From contig JAVEBF010000022.1 of NCBI GenBank assembly GCA_051941275.1, positions 1 to 50,533 of the forward strand: DNA of 50,533 bases. The letters are read 5' to 3'. A model generated the notes under the pieces. That model searched no databases. It had not been told where the DNA came from and saw only the letters and a program-made list of their open reading frames with translations. Shown piece by piece: positions 10,797 to 22,897 of the stretch (position 1 is its first letter; each line of letters opens with the position of its first letter). Both the position numbers and the translations under genes were made by a program. Source of the DNA: Dirinaria sp. TL-2023a. Lineage: Eukaryota.

Positions 10797-12749
10797 CTAC
10801 TCCTCAAGAGCCTCCAAAGCAGCAGCAGGTATCTTTGTCTTGAGAGTATCCTTCGTGGGCAAAGGCGATGAGGGGATTGACTCTGTGTCCGAGGGTATCT
10901 GACTGGTGCAGCGCGATGATAAAGTCGACTCCGTGTCTGATGACGCTTCACTGACTGTGACTGCGACCGGTGTCTTTTCAGTCGCGAGATCAATGCGCAA
11001 AGCGCTCCTGAGAGCTTCGACCTCATCCGTTTCCACTATGTTTGACAGCACCTCCGTCTTTCCCGGTACCGATGCTGGATCAGAAGCTGGGACACGTATT
11101 ATGTTGTCTAGCACAGTGGTCTGAGCGTCGGCCGCATCTTCGGCTCCCTTTGCAGTCTTCTCAACCGGTGTAGCCCCGACTGCTCCAGTGTAGAATTGCT
11201 GTGGACGCCATATGCTCGTCTTAGGTTGAGCTACAGTCGCCGGTGAATGTCAGTAGAGTATCTTGATAAATACTTCCTCACATTGGAGAGATTTACTCAT
11301 AGCTTCTCGCCAGTGTGCCATCATGCCTCCAGATCTCATGAGCGCGATCATCACTGGGACGAATGAAGGATCAAATTCCCTGACCATTCGTATCCGTCAG
11401 CAACAGTCTACAGACCAGGTGTAATGCTTGGGAGATAAAGCGCACTCAAAGAAGATTCAAACTCACAGCGCAGTATATATTATACCAATAAATAGGTCCG
11501 CATTTGCTTGGAGGCTTCGAGAGGTGAAGTATTCATCTTCCCTTGCAATGCGATCAATCTCCATTGCGACTTCCACCAAGGGGTTTTCGAGTCGAGATCG
11601 TTCAGGATTCGCGCACCGAAAATGACCCTGGGATCGACTGTATTGAACATCCGATGACCGTAGCCGTAGAGTTTTGCTTCTTTCCTCTTGACTTTGTTGA
11701 TGACATAGGGTACCATTTTCTTGCTGCCGATTGCTGCTAATGACTTGAAGGAGGCTTCGGCCGCGCCGAAGTGAAGTATACCGTAGCCTGAAGACAAAGC
11801 AGATATGAGGCACGACAAAGGATCAGAGAGTGTGGAAGCTCCAAGAAGAAACGCTGATGTGGAGTTTGTGTGCCCCAGATCCGCACCGAGCGCCCATATA
11901 CGCTGGATTGCGCGGATGGCATTCGGGTCAGGTTTTCCTGTGCCCTTATCTACCTTACCCATCATGATGAGTAGGTTGGAGAGAAAAGAGCCATCAGCTT
12001 CGACGCCAGCAAATGGAGCTCCATTACGATGAGAGGCGGCAAGTCCTGCACAGACTTGGAATGCCGCCAATGTCCGGATGATTGCCTTGTCTACCAAAGA
12101 TAGATTACCCTGATATAAATTTCGACCGGAATATGCTGGAATACTCTTTGGATCTTCACCCAAGTATGCGGCAAGACCGGCAATGATCATTTGCATTGGT
12201 GCAGCCGTTTTACTGCATGGACAAGATCAGTGATTGGTAGGATAACCGAATATAGGATGTGGAAAAGTACATACGGGAATCCGCGAATGACTCTCTTAAC
12301 ACTTTCCGGGACTTCCTGCGCCGCTTTGACAAGTTCGGAGCGTAATGCCTCTTTCTCGACAGCAGAAGGCCATCGATCCCATACTAGAAAGTGGACGAGG
12401 TCCTCGAACCCAGCTGTCTGCCAGAAGTCGGCAATGTTCTGACCTCGATACTGCACAATTCCTTGAGCACCATCACTGTCACCACATATTAGTTCAAAGC
12501 GGAGGAGGTATTGGACCAACACAGTTATGGTACGTACATAAAGGTTATCCTTGACTCCGAGACGGCAGTGTTCTTGAATCCTGGATCAAACAGACGGAGG
12601 CCATTTCCAACTTGGTCAGCCAAGTCCGAATCTGTGACAGGGCCCTTGATGGATTGGAACTCAACGGCGTTGATAGTATTGCGGTGGATGGGTATCTGAT
12701 ATTCGAGGGAAGTCCGCGAATCAGTAACGTATAGTACACCTTCAGACAT
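10797..12749 (-). CDS. Secondary-metabolism-type citrate synthase homologue (alkylcitrate-synthase-like), with an apparent 1-nt frameshift
   Basis: GLRLFDPGFKNTAVSESRITF|IDG, ASTLSDP, GYGILHFGA, YGYGHR...DPR, ANAD, MAHWREAM and IWRPQQFYTG. Four GT-AG introns. The frame switches at an A4 run (11584-11587). No mitochondrial presequence. Confidence 0.88.
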
Positions 12750-14219
12750 GATGATGGCTATCTCAAAAGGCCAGACAGCGTCAAAAGTAGAAAGGGTCGT
12801 CTCAATGCTGCTGTAAAGTATGCTGAAAAGGAAGGAAGAAATCCATCTTATATACCTCGAGGGCATCTCATGAGGAGCACATGTCACAACCAAAGCGACT
12901 GTTTGCTTATTCTCGAATCCCCTAGTTCATCCCCTTCTGGACCAACTAACCCTAAACCCTTCAAGTGTCACGGTTTCACTCCGGTCACCCAAAGTTCATG
13001 TTAAAATCTTCGTGTGAGCTGATCAAAAAATGACATTGAGAAAGTTCCCCGTCTTCCTCCACCAAAGTAGGAGATTTCCAGCAAGATCAGTCATACCTAG
13101 AAATTTTCAGACACAGAAGCGAGCAATTCGTCCACAGCCATAGACTTACTCGTGAAAGGCTGCCCTTCCAATCGAGCTGACGTGGATATAAGGACATTGG
13201 AACATTTTCCGTCCGTCTCGTTCTCAGCTGACTAGTGTAAATGTCCTTTCGGAAAAAGCGGCAAGAAATCTGTGGATGCTTCAACGCACAGCTGCGCCGC
13301 ACTATGTCTAAAGGCGGATGATCATTCAACAGATCTTACTGAGCTTTTTGACGAATGGTCGGTTATTTTCCCTTTTCTTTTCTTCCGTGTTGAGCTGACG
13401 TGAATATTAGAGAACGGCATATTTTGGGGGGAAAAATTGAGGTGTGGATACTCGAAATAGCCTTACAGCAGCATCATCGATGCTCAAGGCAAGTAGGTAG
13501 ATACGAGGTTGATTGGGCAAGACCACCTAAGCCAACCGACTAAGCCCTACCAAGGATCAAAGATGGAAGGTTCGCCATAATGTGTCCGCTAGGATAGGTT
13601 TCCACATGCATGGAAAGCGCTAGACGCTGAGTAGAGTGTAGCCGAGTATGTATCCCGAGACTTGACAGCTCCTATGCCTACTACTTGTGAAGGTGATACT
13701 CGAAGCATCCAGCGCAACAGCAGCGTCCAATCGGAGCAAACGCCTTGAGGGGCAAGAATGCACAATAAGCGGTGTAGGACGAGAATGCCATGGGTGCAAT
13801 GTTGCATATCGGAAAAAGGGGTAGCACTAAGCGATGAGGTGGATACATGACGGACATGACTCTGACTTGTCCTGTAAGATCATGCACATAAGGTACCTTA
13901 CATTAGTGGAAAGGAGAACCGGAGTGGGTAATTGTGACGAGACCGAAAGCCATGCTCGGCGATGCAAGCAGTACGAGGTGGCCTATCAAGGTACCTTGGG
14001 CATTCATGGCCAACTTCAGGAAGCGAGCTAGTGCCAAGTTCGAATTGCCGATTCTGAACAGCGATGATATGACAAACTCTATCTCAGAAAGCTGATGCTA
14101 CTGTATAGACCAGGCAGAAATGAGAAAATAACTACCAAGCTTATATTGTATTGACGCAGAAGCGCCTGCATATAACTCACAGGAGAGAGGGCAGAAAGAA
14201 AAATATCAGACATCTCTGA

Positions 14220-15892
14220 CTAGTCGGTGCCCCCTGCCGCGAATTGACTCTTGGCCCTTAGCCGTGGCCCGTGTTTCCACAGCACAAAAGGTGCGGGGAC
14301 ACCTAGAATTATGGCGAGGAAAGCTATCAGACTACTTCCCCAACCATAATCTAATCGATCATACATGTACGGCGCGAACAGAGGAAAGCTGAAACCGGCT
14401 AGAGATCTTAAGAAAGTGTTAGCAGCGCCTGCCGACGCAGCGTAAAGAGGATATGTGTCAACCGCGTATGTCTGTGTGCACTGAGTGGCAACTTTCATGC
14501 CCACTCCAAAGATTGCTAGTCCAACGTTGGGGATGATCCAATGGAGATGCGCTTGTGCGCTCCAACCGTAGCAGAAAATTCCCAATGGGACAAAGATGGA
14601 CCCTGGTACTAATAGAGGAAGGCGGAATTCGGGCCGTCCAACGCCTTCGCCCCTTCTCTCTTTCAGGAGTTGGTATATCACATCGTTGATACGAGCAGTT
14701 GATTGCGTGCCAATTAGGTAGCCGATACCGAGAGAAATATAGTTGAGCCCTGCGATACCGATCGATTCGTGATAGCGCGTTGTCCACAGAATTGGTAGAG
14801 TCGTGAGAACCAGGTAGACGACACCGTATAAGAAGGCCATGTAAAGTGCAAGGATTTGGATGATGGGCTGCGTCCCTAGCAATATGAATGGTCGCACAAG
14901 CGCAGCCTTGAGGATTTGAGACAAGGTGCGGTTAGGAGTTTCCCACTTTGTGTGCCAGGATTGGTTTCCAGTACTGTTGCGTAATTTCCTAGACTTATTG
15001 CCAAGAATCTTAGGCGGGTAAGTTTCTCGTAGGAAGAAAAGTCCCAGAAGTTGGACGAAGCCATCGGTAATTGAGACCGCCCAGAAAACCCATCGCCAGG
15101 TGGTACGTTCTGTGACAAATCCTCCCACAAGGGGCCCAAGCACTGGACTGAGCAGAGGAGCTAAGGTGTAGATACCAATAGAAACTCCACGCTCTTCAGC
15201 AGTCCAACAATCAGCGAGTATACCGCCTCCGATCGTTAAGGGGGCGCTTGATTGGCATTAGTGTACTTGCACTGCGGATAGCAAAGACGTTGAGGACTGT
15301 TCAGAGACATACCTGCCCCCGAGGCCAGCAAGAAATCGAAATGCAAGGATTTGACCCGTGCTCTGAGCGAACCCACAGGCGGTATTGAAGATTAAATAAA
15401 ACGTATTCGCTAGCTGGAGCACGATCATTCGGCCATAGACCTCAGATAGTGGTCCGATGACGAAAGGGCCAAAGGCGTAGGCCAAAATGAAAATTGATAG
15501 TATGAGGGAGGCCACGAGGGAGCTGTGTACGTGCAGGTTCTGCGTTAATCTAATTAGAGCAGGAGCGACGATGGAGGTTGATATAGTCGAAATGCATGTG
15601 TAGGCAGAGATGACGATAGTGACGGTCCATTTCCTCCGGTAAGTCCAGTTTTTTGGATTCTCAAGATCACCAGGTCCGTCCCAGGTAACCTTTCCAGCTA
15701 AATCAGCAGAATAAATCTAGTGCTGAAGTTGCAGAACCTGGCACTCACAAGGTTGGGATCGCTAAGGGAGGACACAAATAGTGGCTCCTGGGGAAAAGAC
15801 CTTTTTTCCGCATCACCATTAGATTCGACATTCGACGAGCGTCTGCTCTCATTAGAGTTATTTGTCCCTTCAGGAACGGTGACTCCTGTCAT
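14220..15892 (-). CDS. MFS multidrug transporter, DHA1 family
   Basis: VTWDGPGDLENPKNW, GPLSEVYGR, WRWVFW, LRETYPP, RPEFRLP, HWIIP and FPLFAPYMY. Two introns. Confidence 0.95.
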
Positions 15893-17144
15893 GCTGCTAG
15901 GAACAGTGGGCGTTTTCCATTAACCTCACACTTGAAATAAACCAGGAACCGATTTGAGCGGCATCAGCCAAAGATGGGGTCTGGAAGGTGTATCGCATGA
16001 TTACGATGGATATGAAGGGTATGAGGCCATCTTAGTCCACGCTAATTAACACTAAAGACACTCTCAACACCTTCCGATGGCTGGAGAAAAAACCGCCGTC
16101 CAGAGAAGCTTCTCGCACTCGTTCGGAAGGACGCATGTAGTAAGCCTTGAAGAGGAAATGTCAGCTGAGGGCCCATTATTGCTGCGACTCTATAACGTCA
16201 AACTTCGGTGAGTCAGGCACACCCGAAGTTTTGGTGGGTTGCAGGAGGCTGCTGATACTGTAAGCTGGTGAAGTTGAAAATACCTTAGGTTCTCGGTTCG
16301 CTCCTCGGCAGCCGGCAGCTAAAGATACCGCTGAAGTAAGGTAAGGTAGTAGGCATTGTCGGCGTTCTCGCATTAAGTTAGGCCGAGAGGCCTTCGCGAA
16401 CCTTGTCAGGAAGGCCCTGTTCTTGCTCGCTTACGGCGCCCCCAGCCCTTTCGACAGATGGCATCCGGTTCATCTAGTAGGGGACCTGCGGTTAGTGAAA
16501 AGGTAAGGTAAGGTATCCTCGTATCTTACCTTCGTCTCGTATTTTAATCATACAAATAAGCGAATAGGACGCGCCCGGCTCTCCTCGCACCTGCTTGGCA
16601 AAACCTCACTTGTATAACAATTCCAGGCAAGGTGGTGTAGCGTTGATTACACTAGTCACTCAATTACGTTTTAGTAGCTGGGTTAGAGTAGACCCTACCT
16701 CAGATATCGATGACTAGTTTCTTACAGCGATTAATCCACTGTCGGCGTTGGGCCATCATGACATATCACACCGGCCTTCATAAGCTTACGAAGCTCACGA
16801 TATCTGAGGCGGTGCAATATGTACGCTCGGTATGAGCAATAAGGTTCTGAAATTTAGCGTTGGCGGATGCAAATGCTGGCTGACATGCTACTTTTGTGTT
16901 GCATGAGTCTAGATGCAAGTTCAAGAATCCTAAGATGACGGATTTTGCACTGCTCAGTCTATGCAACGTTGCCTTTTTCCTGCAGGGAGCCTCATGTATC
17001 TCTCTCCAACTGCTGAGCTGTTACGACGTCCTGACTATATACACAAATCTCCCTTTATGAGTTTCTTTTGACGCTCCTAGCTTCTCTTGATCCACTCTGA
17101 ACGTTGACCTCGATTTCCTGAAGCTCACGTTTCCCCACACAATC

Positions 17145-19125
17145 ATGCGCACAATAATTGAGTCTTCCGCTGGAGAAAGCCCAGAGGTTGATCAACGTGG
17201 CGGAAGACTCCTCCCCACTTGGATTGACAAAGTCGGACTGGAAACCCCTGACAAAGTTTGGGCTTCCGTGCCTCGATCCACAAAATTGAAATATGGGTTT
17301 CGTGACCTGCGATATCGTCATCTCGTTGCTGCGATTGATGCCGCGGCATGGTGGATTGAGTCGGTTATTGGTAGAAGCACAAACTTCGAGACAGTGGCAT
17401 ACATGGGGTATATAGCTGATATGGCGCACCCTTATCCCGTTTAACTAATTTTGGTCCTCTTCGAGCATTCCAGACTTACGATATAATATTATCCCTGTGG
17501 CTTTGATCAAGACAGGACACAAGGTAGTATTAACTTATGCCATGGATGGTTTCGTCAGGGAAACCGTACACTCAACTGATATTTGCAGACTTTGTTCATG
17601 TCTCATCGAAACACTGTCGCAGGACATAAGGAGCTGATGGAGAAAGTAGGTCTCAATGGCTTGTCTGTCTTTTTTTTTTGAGCTTACCAGACCCACTTGC
17701 AGACTCAATGTAGTACCTTGATCTACTCGGAAGGAGTGAATAGTGATCCTCTGATCGCTACTGGAGGAATGAGTAGCTTCAGAGTGGACAAACTTGACGA
17801 TCTCCTTTTCAAGCAAGGGGTGAGGTCTTATCCATACGACAAATCGTTCGAGCAAGCAGCTAGCGATCCTATAGCTATTGTCCATACGTCAGGGTCGACA
17901 GGGATGCCGAAACCTATCGTTTGGAATCATGGCATGTACGCTGCGATAGATGCCCAAAGCATTCCATCATCGCTAGCCGGCCGCCGGAACGTGTATTGTA
18001 CGATGAAGGAGTGTGAGCGGCAGTATGTTTTTTACCCCAGCTGCAAACAAGATGTATATTCTCTATTGGTCTGACGCTACAAGCAGCTACAGCACGATGC
18101 CGATATCCCACAGTTCAGGTCTCGTCCGTTTTTTGAGAGCGATCTTCTTAGGCGTCGTTCTTGTTGTTGGCCCTCCAAATCGTCTTATTGGTCCGGATCC
18201 TGCCTCACTCGAATGCATCAACCAAGTACTTGAGTATGCGTCTGTTGATGCAGCGAACTTCCTTCCCAGCACCTTGGAGACGTTATGCAAGTCTCCCCAA
18301 TCGTTGAAACGTCTGTCGAAGTTAAGGTTCATTGGGTTCGGTGGAGGTAACCCACCTTTCCTCGGCAAAATAGTGGCAACTGTTAACGTACCATTAGCTC
18401 CATTGGCTAAGGAAGCTGGCGACACCATCTCAGCGGTCTGCAAAAACACTGTTTTGCACAATAGCCTCGGCAGTACTGATGGTGGCGCATTCGTTACCTA
18501 TGAGCCTGATCCAAGAGACTGGCAATACATCTGCTATTGCCCAAATTACAACGGCATCTAGTGGCGGCAAGCTCGTGAAGACCTCTATGAGATGGTCGTA
18601 GTGAAGGATCCTAAGCTCGAAAAGTTTCAATGTGCTTTCAAAAGCCACCCTGAGCTCCAAGAATGGTCAACTCGGGACCTATATTCCAAGCATCCCTCGA
18701 AACCATATCACTGGCGCCATGAAGCACGCATGGACGACCTTATTGTCTCAGCTAACGGCGCAAAATTCAATCCGCTCAATTTGCAAGAGCGCGTTGAGCA
18801 GCATGTAGCCGTCAGATTCGCTCTCGTCGCTGGGAACCATCGTCTACGACCCGCACTGATCGTGCAACTGCGAGATCCGTGTGCTAGCGAAGCGGAACTG
18901 GCAGCGCTTTGCGCGGAGATATGGTCCGTCGTTTCTCAAGTAAATGAGAGTATTCCAAGCCAGGGAAGAGTTATGGAGTCGCTTATTATGTTCACAAAAC
19001 CTGAGAAGCCGTTCCCCTTGGCGGCCAAAGGGAGTGTGCGGAGGAAATTTGCAGAGGCAATGTATCATGAGGAATTGGATGCGTTATACAAGGCTGCGGG
19101 ACCGGAGGCGGGCTATGGGTTCTAG
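17145..19125 (+). pseudogene. Stand-alone NRPS-like adenylation (AMP-binding) enzyme with an in-frame TAG
   Basis: P-loop HTSGSTGMPKPI, LGSTDGG, TRDLYSKHP, RMDDLIVSANGAKFNP and AKGSVRR. Five introns. TAG at 18559-18561 (YNGI*WRQ) with the frame conserved after it. No T or R domain follows. Confidence 0.8.
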
Positions 19126-21807
19126 AATGGAGTTACGGACTCGAAGGACGGCCGGAACACTGAATAAGAAGAAGTCAACAGTTTGGCAAGCTTTGTGAGC
19201 GCTCGCAAGGAAGAAAAGGAAGACTACATTTGAGCAATTAAAGTGAGATTTTAGTAGTTGTGGAAAAACAAAAACAAGACAAAACAGAAGAGGTTCGAGC
19301 ATAAGCTCGGACTTGAATACTAGAGCCTATGGGTAACTGCTTAGGATGCAGCTGGAAGTGGGAAATGATGGCTCGAGAACCCCAGCTTCGAGATAGGCCT
19401 TGTTCTAGCTCTAGAAAGTCTTCCAAATCTAACATCTCGGGCTAGATACTCACCAAATATTAATCAATCTCACTGTGACCACATTTCTGGATCAGCAAGC
19501 CATCTCTTCGCCTTAAAACCAGTACCGAAACTTTTATCCTCCAGGTACCAGTTGCCAATGCACGAAACACGGCTCATCTGAGCACTCAAAGGACGCTGCG
19601 GTACTGTCGAACCAAGCGCGAGAGAGGGGGGGAGGAGAACCAGACAGATATCGGGCTAGGAGCCAACGCTGAATCAGCGTAGGCCTGCAGGACGATAAAG
19701 ATAGACGGAGCGTAGTAGGTAGAATTTGTACAGAAGCGGGAATAGACTTTGACTGATGGCTATGACTTCGTGGTTGATAGTGATGCTTACTAAAGCCAGA
19801 GGCCTCATTCTCTGTGTCCCTTACATCCTCCACCTTGGATGTAATGCATATATTACGCTTCTAGAAGCAGGCCACTGCAATACTCCCTTTTTTTACCCAT
19901 AATGGGTTGCTGAACCCCCGGAAACGCACTTTCTACAAATCCCGGTTTTCTGCAGTGTACTTGAGCAAGGAAATCGATTCAATTAGCATTGAAAGGACTT
20001 GAGAGTATGACATCTTGAGAGGAACGAAGTCCGTACCGAAGGTACATTGACCTTGCTAGCACTGAAGTCAACTTCAGTACTCCTGGAGACAATCGAATTA
20101 AGAAGTGTCAGCACCATGCCCGTTCGTGTATGGGGAAGTCACACGACTGAATTTCTCTTTGAATAATATGTTCGCATGAGCCGGTTCTTGTTGCATCCTT
20201 TGTGCGATTTCCACGTCTGTTGTAATTACCCTCAGAGTTTCGGATTGCTCGTTAATCGGGAGTCCTTTCTTGCCTGTGGGATGTCCCTCACTAAGCGCTC
20301 TACAACATTTTGTGCAGCCCATGGTAGAAAGTTGGGCATTTCCATAGACTTGATGAATGATACCCGCATTGGCAGCGCAAATCGGTGCAATAAGAAAGCA
20401 GAGAGTCCACTTACATTCAGAAGCCTGATCCAGGGCACTCTACCTTCTCCAGAAGAACGACCCCTTGGCGTATCGTCCACGAAATCCTCAAGCAAAAAGC
20501 CTAACACCCAGCAAAGACATCGCTTTGGCCAGCCTACGGCCTCGAATGCGAATGTTTTGATAAAGTCCCCGTTCGGTCACATCACACGAACCTTCTAATA
20601 TATCTTATAGAGGACTATTTTTCCAATATCTGTAATGACTTTTGTTGGAAATCTCAAAATATCATTGACGACAATATACACCGCATAACCTCTACTATAT
20701 TTCTAGCTCATGAGCCGGACGCTATCGCCTCCTTGGGACTGGAGCCTGACTATCGCTGAATAGGAGATATAGGTACTGTACCTTGACTAAAAGGCTTCAG
20801 TGTACGACGTAGTATTAAAATGCGGCCTTCGTTGCGACCGTAGGCCTTGCAATGACTTGATATTGATTAAATGGAAATTGGTTTTGAGTAAACGTGGCTA
20901 TGTTAATATTTTCGGAGTACCTGCGTAGACTTCTCAGTAATCTAAGTACCGATTTTGCACTGAATAGCTGTCTTCTGATCTAAACAATGGAACAACAAAC
21001 GTACTGCTACGCACTCAAAGCCGACTTATGCTCATTGTGGATAAGCTGCTTGTTGCCTTTGTAAGATTACATTTAAGGAGACTGTGGGCTCCTGCACAAT
21101 CAAAGACTTTTGCTGCTTTTTGCACTGTGGCCGGGGAGTTAAAAGTGAAAATCCGACAAATCAAAATTTTAGAGCTTTGCCTACCTAGAGACTCTTCTTT
21201 TTCCATCTCTTCTGCCTCTACTCGCTGTACTATACATCCTATCTTTAATATCATCAGAGAGATGAGAGACTTACTGTCTGACTTCAATATGCATCTCGGT
21301 CAAAATGAGAATTGGTACGGTGATTTTTCACAATCTTAATCAGTGTGGCCACATTTACTGTAAATCGCGTCAGCAATCATGATTGTGCTTTAGTATTTGG
21401 GCTCTGGAGAGCCATCGCGATTGTCAGAGCTATTAGTGCTCGCTCTCCCTCTCTTCCAATCTTCCTAAGTCAAATCTAGTCCACCTCATTAGGATTGAAC
21501 CAGGATGTACGAATTCCGAATGCGAGGAGATATAGGAAGTCATGAAGCTCAGAAATAAGTTTTCATCACATGGTAGCAGGGATCTTAGGCCATGCTTATC
21601 TCATGTCTTCTACTCACTCTCATCATTGCTCCAATAAAGTGGGCAGACCTGTACAGGCGTCCCATATTCAATGGACGTTCTGTTCGCAATTTGCCCTATA
21701 CTAAAGAGGCATCGAATAGATGCCAGTGACTTTTGAAATATGACACAACATTATCAAATTCATTGATTCTGTGCCGGTTGGAAGGAACATGCTTTCTTTC
21801 TTTCTCT

Positions 21808-22335
21808 TTCGCTGTTGTCATCACTGGACTAGAGCTCTGCCATTATCATGGGATCTTCTCTATCCTCAGAAGGGCATCACACTGCCACAAAAGTATCGAT
21901 CAATGGTATAAGATGCTGTTTCGCGTTCCATGAGACCAGTAAGCCACCTACGATCGGAAAATAAATCGAGGCTGTCAAGCAGATGCAGGTTTGGTATATA
22001 AATCAAGCCAACCAAATCAGAATAGCCTACATTCAAGAGATTTTGGGATCTTCAGTCTCCTTTACTGGTTTCGTCATTGGAATAGAGCTCTGTGATATCA
22101 CGTGGGAGCTTCTATGTCCTCAGAAGGGTATAGGTTTTATCTGTAAGCCACTTGCTTTTAATAACGGAAAGATTGTCCATGGCAAGCTTGGCTTACTGGG
22201 TTATTCGATTAGTGGTATCAGATGGCTGGTCTCATATTCCATTATTGACCACTGAGCCACGTACGATTGGTAGATCATTTAAGGCTGCCATGCAGACACA
22301 AGACCGATGAAATAAATCGAGGCTGCCGCATCAGA
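21808..22335. repeat. Diverged local tandem duplication
   Basis: TAGAGCTCTG (21830, 22083), TCCTCAGAAGGG (21863, 22117) and AAATAAATCGAGGCTG (21959, 22310) recur in the same order. Confidence 0.6.
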
Positions 22336-22897
22336 AAGCTCTCATTGGGGAAATTCAGCCTTGTGTTGCAGGCTGAGTATTTTCTGGACGTATCTGTGTC
22401 CGAGGCTTCTTGACTTACTAAAATTTTCAGGCAAGCCCTCTCAGGAATGTGAGGCGTTAGCATGTAATTTGACCTAAGAAAGGGTGGGAGCAGCCAAGCA
22501 CACCGGCTGTGGCCGAATAGATGTTTCATATCATACCTTTTCTGTCCTGCTCAAGGACAGCACTCCCACAATTTGATGGCTAACAAAGGACAGGAGGTTA
22601 CTTTATGTTTATTTGAAATAAGACGCGGAAGACGCGGTTTAAACATACCTAGCCGGGTACGCTAAGATATCTTAGCGAGCTTCGGCTCTGACGTAAGAGG
22701 TAATCCTACCTTACATACCAAAATGTACTGTAGGTACCTCCAGGTACGAGTCCCTCTCTACCTTCAGGTAACCTACCTTTACCGATTTTTTGCTCTATCA
22801 ACACTACAGTACCTAAATAAGGTGAGATTACATGTGACATTTAGTCATCTACTCGAATCACAGCTGCTCTAATCATCACCATTAACTATTCTCCGTG

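Noticed and set aside
15893..15920. Upstream ATG of the MFS gene as a third homopolymer frameshift
   Set aside because: An in-frame ATG at 15892 already gives a complete transporter, so the 7-codon upstream frame is at most a uORF.
18559..18564. Programmed readthrough or recoding of the internal TAG
   Set aside because: The context TAG-TGG is not a known leaky context, and all other genes use the standard code. A nonsense mutation or sequencing error is simpler.
20176..20598. 140-aa ORF and overlapping antisense ORFs
   Set aside because: No recognisable motif or splice-supported gene structure.
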